The notes beneath the pieces were generated by a model. That model was given only the letters and a program-made list of their open reading frames with translations, searched no databases and was not told the origin of the DNA. Below, one piece after another: positions 47,570 through 49,669 of a stretch of DNA of 49,669 nt; positions within the stretch are counted from its first letter, which is position 1; every line of letters starts with the position of its first letter. Where the stretch lies: contig JAQBYT010000032.1 of assembly GCA_027622665.1 (NCBI GenBank), forward strand, positions 1-49,669. Direction: 5' to 3'. A program made the translations under genes and the position numbers. This stretch comes from Verrucomicrobiota bacterium. GTDB taxonomy: Bacteria; Verrucomicrobiota; Verrucomicrobiia; Opitutales; Seribacteraceae.

Positions 47570-48523
47570 ATGAAAAATAAAATCATAGCTACTCTTGTTG
47601 CTTTCGGTCTGGTGGGATCTGCTTCCGCCATCGAGATCAACGAGAATCTATCCATCAATGGTTTCATTGATACCTCCTATACTCTCACCGAAAAAGATGC
47701 CGGAGACGTGCAAGAACTCGGAGTCGACGAAATCGAGCTGAACTTCCTGTTCAACGTAGGCGGTGCTTCAGGTGCCATTCATCTGGACGATGTCGATGCA
47801 GCAGGCGGTAGCGACGTTAACGTCGAGCAAGCCTTCATCGGCTACAGCTTGGAAAACGGCGTGAGTTTTACTATCGGTAAGTATGGTTCCACACTCGGTT
47901 TCGAGCGCGAGGATCCAGGAGGTCTCTACACCTACAGTCGCGCTTACAGTACTGGTGTTGTAGGAAATCAATTCAACCTCGGCGACGTTGACTCCAATGT
48001 CTACGAAGGTATCAGACTTGGATATTCCTCGGATGTTTTCGGTCTTGGTGTCTCCTTGCAGAACGACGCTAGTGGGGAAGAAAACATTGAGAAAAACGAG
48101 CTCGATCTTGAGCTTTCTTTCACCTACACGGGGATTGAAAACCTCAACATTGGTGGTGGATATCGCTTCGCAAACCAGGCTGCCAATGAAGTTGATGTTC
48201 TCAACTTACACGCCACCACGGTGATGGGTAAGTTCCTCCTCGGCGCCGAGTACATCGAACTCCAAAACGGCGGCGGCGCAGGCCAAGACCTCGACGGTTG
48301 GCAAGTAATCGCCGACTACGACGTGAGCGACAAGCTCGGTGTAGCCTTGCGCATCAGCAGCAACGAGAACGAGTTGGTAGGTAACAGTGATTACGAAAAG
48401 GTAACTATTGCTCCTAATTACTCGCTTAGCGACAGCTTGGGTGTAATTCTCGAGTACAGCGACGTTGACGATGCTGGTATCGACTCCAACGAGCTTGCTC
48501 TCGAGCTTACCTTCACTTTCTAA
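47570..48523 (+). CDS. Outer-membrane beta-barrel protein (porin)
   Basis: Signal peptide, alternating beta-strand pattern, VEQAFIGY..SFTIGK and C-terminal LELTFTF; followed by a strong terminator. Confidence 0.88.
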   Translation: MKNKIIATLVAFGLVGSASAIEINENLSINGFIDTSYTLTEKDAGDVQELGVDEIELNFLFNVGGASGAIHLDDVDAAGGSDVNVEQAFIGYSLENGVSFTIGKYGSTLGFEREDPGGLYTYSRAYSTGVVGNQFNLGDVDSNVYEGIRLGYSSDVFGLGVSLQNDASGEENIEKNELDLELSFTYTGIENLNIGGGYRFANQAANEVDVLNLHATTVMGKFLLGAEYIELQNGGGAGQDLDGWQVIADYDVSDKLGVALRISSNENELVGNSDYEKVTIAPNYSLSDSLGVILEYSDVDDAGIDSNELALELTFTF

Positions 48524-48555
48524 GCCTCGGCTTAGCTAAGTTTTACAGATTTACG

Positions 48556-48592
48556 AAAGAGGGTCGCCCGTTCGCCGGGCGGCCCTTTTTCT
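48556..48592 (+). terminator. Rho-independent terminator of the porin gene
   Basis: AAAGAGGGTCGCCCG-TTCGC-CGGGCGGCCCTTTTT hairpin with a T tract. Confidence 0.9.
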
Positions 48593-48655
48593 GTTTCGGG
48601 ATAATCCCCTCCGATAAGCAACCGAGCCCTCAGAGAACCCTTCCCATTAATAGCT

Positions 48656-48796
48656 TGTCATTGCGAGGAGCGCAAGCGACGCAGCAACCCAGCAAAACCG
48701 TCACGGTGCAAGAATCGCCACTACCCGAACCCACAGTACAACCTCCCAAGAACTACCCCCTGTCATTGCGAGCCACAAAGTGGCGCGGCAATCCAG
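48656..48796 (+). repeat. Two tandem GTCATTGCGAG-family palindromic units (type A at 48656, type B at 48761)
   Basis: TGTCATTGCGAGGAGCGCAAGCGACGCAGCAACCCAG and TGTCATTGCGAGCCACAAAGTGGCGCGGCAATCCAG. Confidence 0.88.
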
Positions 48797-48958
48797 ACCG
48801 AATCGTCACGTCGCAAGATATAGGTCACCCCCACCCACCCGCTTACCTCCATCGACCCATCTCTTAAAGGCATCCCTCGCAAGGACGGACACACACACCA
48901 GTGGATAGGAACAAACCTTGTCCCGCTCCCCATTTCGCGTTACGAAATCCACCATCGC

Positions 48959-49369
48959 ATGATCAACCTGAACGAACCCTATTCCGTCCCGCCGGACGAA
49001 GCCAAGTTCTCCCCCGGAGAGGTCGTTCGCCATCTGCGATACGGCTACCGCGGCCTAGTCGTGGACTTCGACACCACCTGCCAAGCGGACGACGGCTGGC
49101 ACAAGGCCAACCAGACCCAACCGGACAAGAACCAGCCATGGTATCACGTATTGGTGGACGGGCAGCACCAAGTGACCTACGTAGCTCAGAGCAACCTCCA
49201 ATCCGATACGTCCGGCGACCCTGTTGTGCACCCCATGCTCAACCTCTTCTTTTCCGGACACGACGAATCGACCAACCGCTACCTCCGTAACGAAGTGCCC
49301 TGGAACCCCGGCCAACCACCCGACGCCCCGCCCCCGCTCCCACCGGAACCACCCGAGCAACTGGCGTGA
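48959..49369 (+). CDS. hspQ: Heat shock protein HspQ (YccV-like)
   Basis: AKFSPGEVVRHLRYGYRGLVVDFD, QPWYHVLVD, TYVAQSNL and HP; Pro-rich tail. Confidence 0.92.
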   Translation: MINLNEPYSVPPDEAKFSPGEVVRHLRYGYRGLVVDFDTTCQADDGWHKANQTQPDKNQPWYHVLVDGQHQVTYVAQSNLQSDTSGDPVVHPMLNLFFSGHDESTNRYLRNEVPWNPGQPPDAPPPLPPEPPEQLA

Positions 49370-49490
49370 AGGGCAGCACGGCACGTCACTAAGCAGGAAA
49401 CAAATAAGCTTAGTCATTAAATCGCGAGACCATAGGTTTGTCTGAGTTCTCTGGTAAAATAGCCTGTTCTCAAGACAAACAAAAAGCATT

Positions 49491-49669
49491 TGTCATTGCG
49501 AGGAGCGCAAGCGACGCGGCAATCCAGTCGGAACCGTCCCACTCCACAAGCATCGACCGCCATGCACACGCACCTCGACACATCCCCTGTCATTGCGAGT
49601 CACAAAGTGGCGCGGCAATCCAGCGGAACCGAGTGTAACTCGCGGCTACCCGCACTCCCCCTGGATTGC
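49491..49669 (+). repeat. Second A+B pair of GTCATTGCGAG units plus the start of an inverted arm at the window edge
   Basis: Type A at 49491-49527 and type B at 49588-49623; CTGGATTGC at 49661-49669 is the reverse complement of the unit end GCAATCCAG. Confidence 0.88.

Noticed and set aside
48656..49623. The 36-37-nt repeats as a CRISPR array
   Set aside because: Two alternating repeat types, spacers of 60-68 nt, only pairs, inverted copies present and no cas genes.

Overview
Bacterial genomic window; the gene repertoire (SHD1, PQQ-like propeller, QW-repeat prenyltransferase-like, GYF_2 and 4-PDZ HtrA proteins) suggests a PVC-superphylum organism, probably Verrucomicrobia/Opitutae (inference). 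The flanks are mostly ordinary. Left: a partial repeat-rich secreted protein, an AI-2E transporter, an HtrA-type protease with a probable pseudoprotease partner, and a MORN/YwqK-like lipoprotein. Right: an M50B peptidase, the last two Weimberg-type enzymes, tRNA-Ala(CGC), a PQQ-like propeller, SHD1-CAP, uvrC, cinA, holA, a porin, hspQ and a family of GTCATTGCGAG palindromic repeats. The centre (6779-37001) is a run of 20 minus-strand genes in two blocks. Block A (26431-37001): NitT/TauT ABC transporter, PspA, a classical AAA ATPase, two binding-protein/OmpA fusions, a membrane-anchored vWA protein and a 2-TM coiled-coil protein. Block B (6779-26069): an FHA-like/Zn-ribbon/TRAFAC GTPase, a GAP1-N2-type membrane protein, a giant bitopic protein, GYF-GYF-RDD, a MotA/ExbB channel with two different Asp-bearing single-TM partners, a TSP3/vWA/YHS protein, a QW-repeat protein and an [NS]PFD-repeat protein. 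Block B is the best candidate for an undescribed system, a GTPase-linked, ion-motive-force-powered trans-envelope machine; block A is the second candidate. All family calls come from reading motifs by eye; no searches were run.
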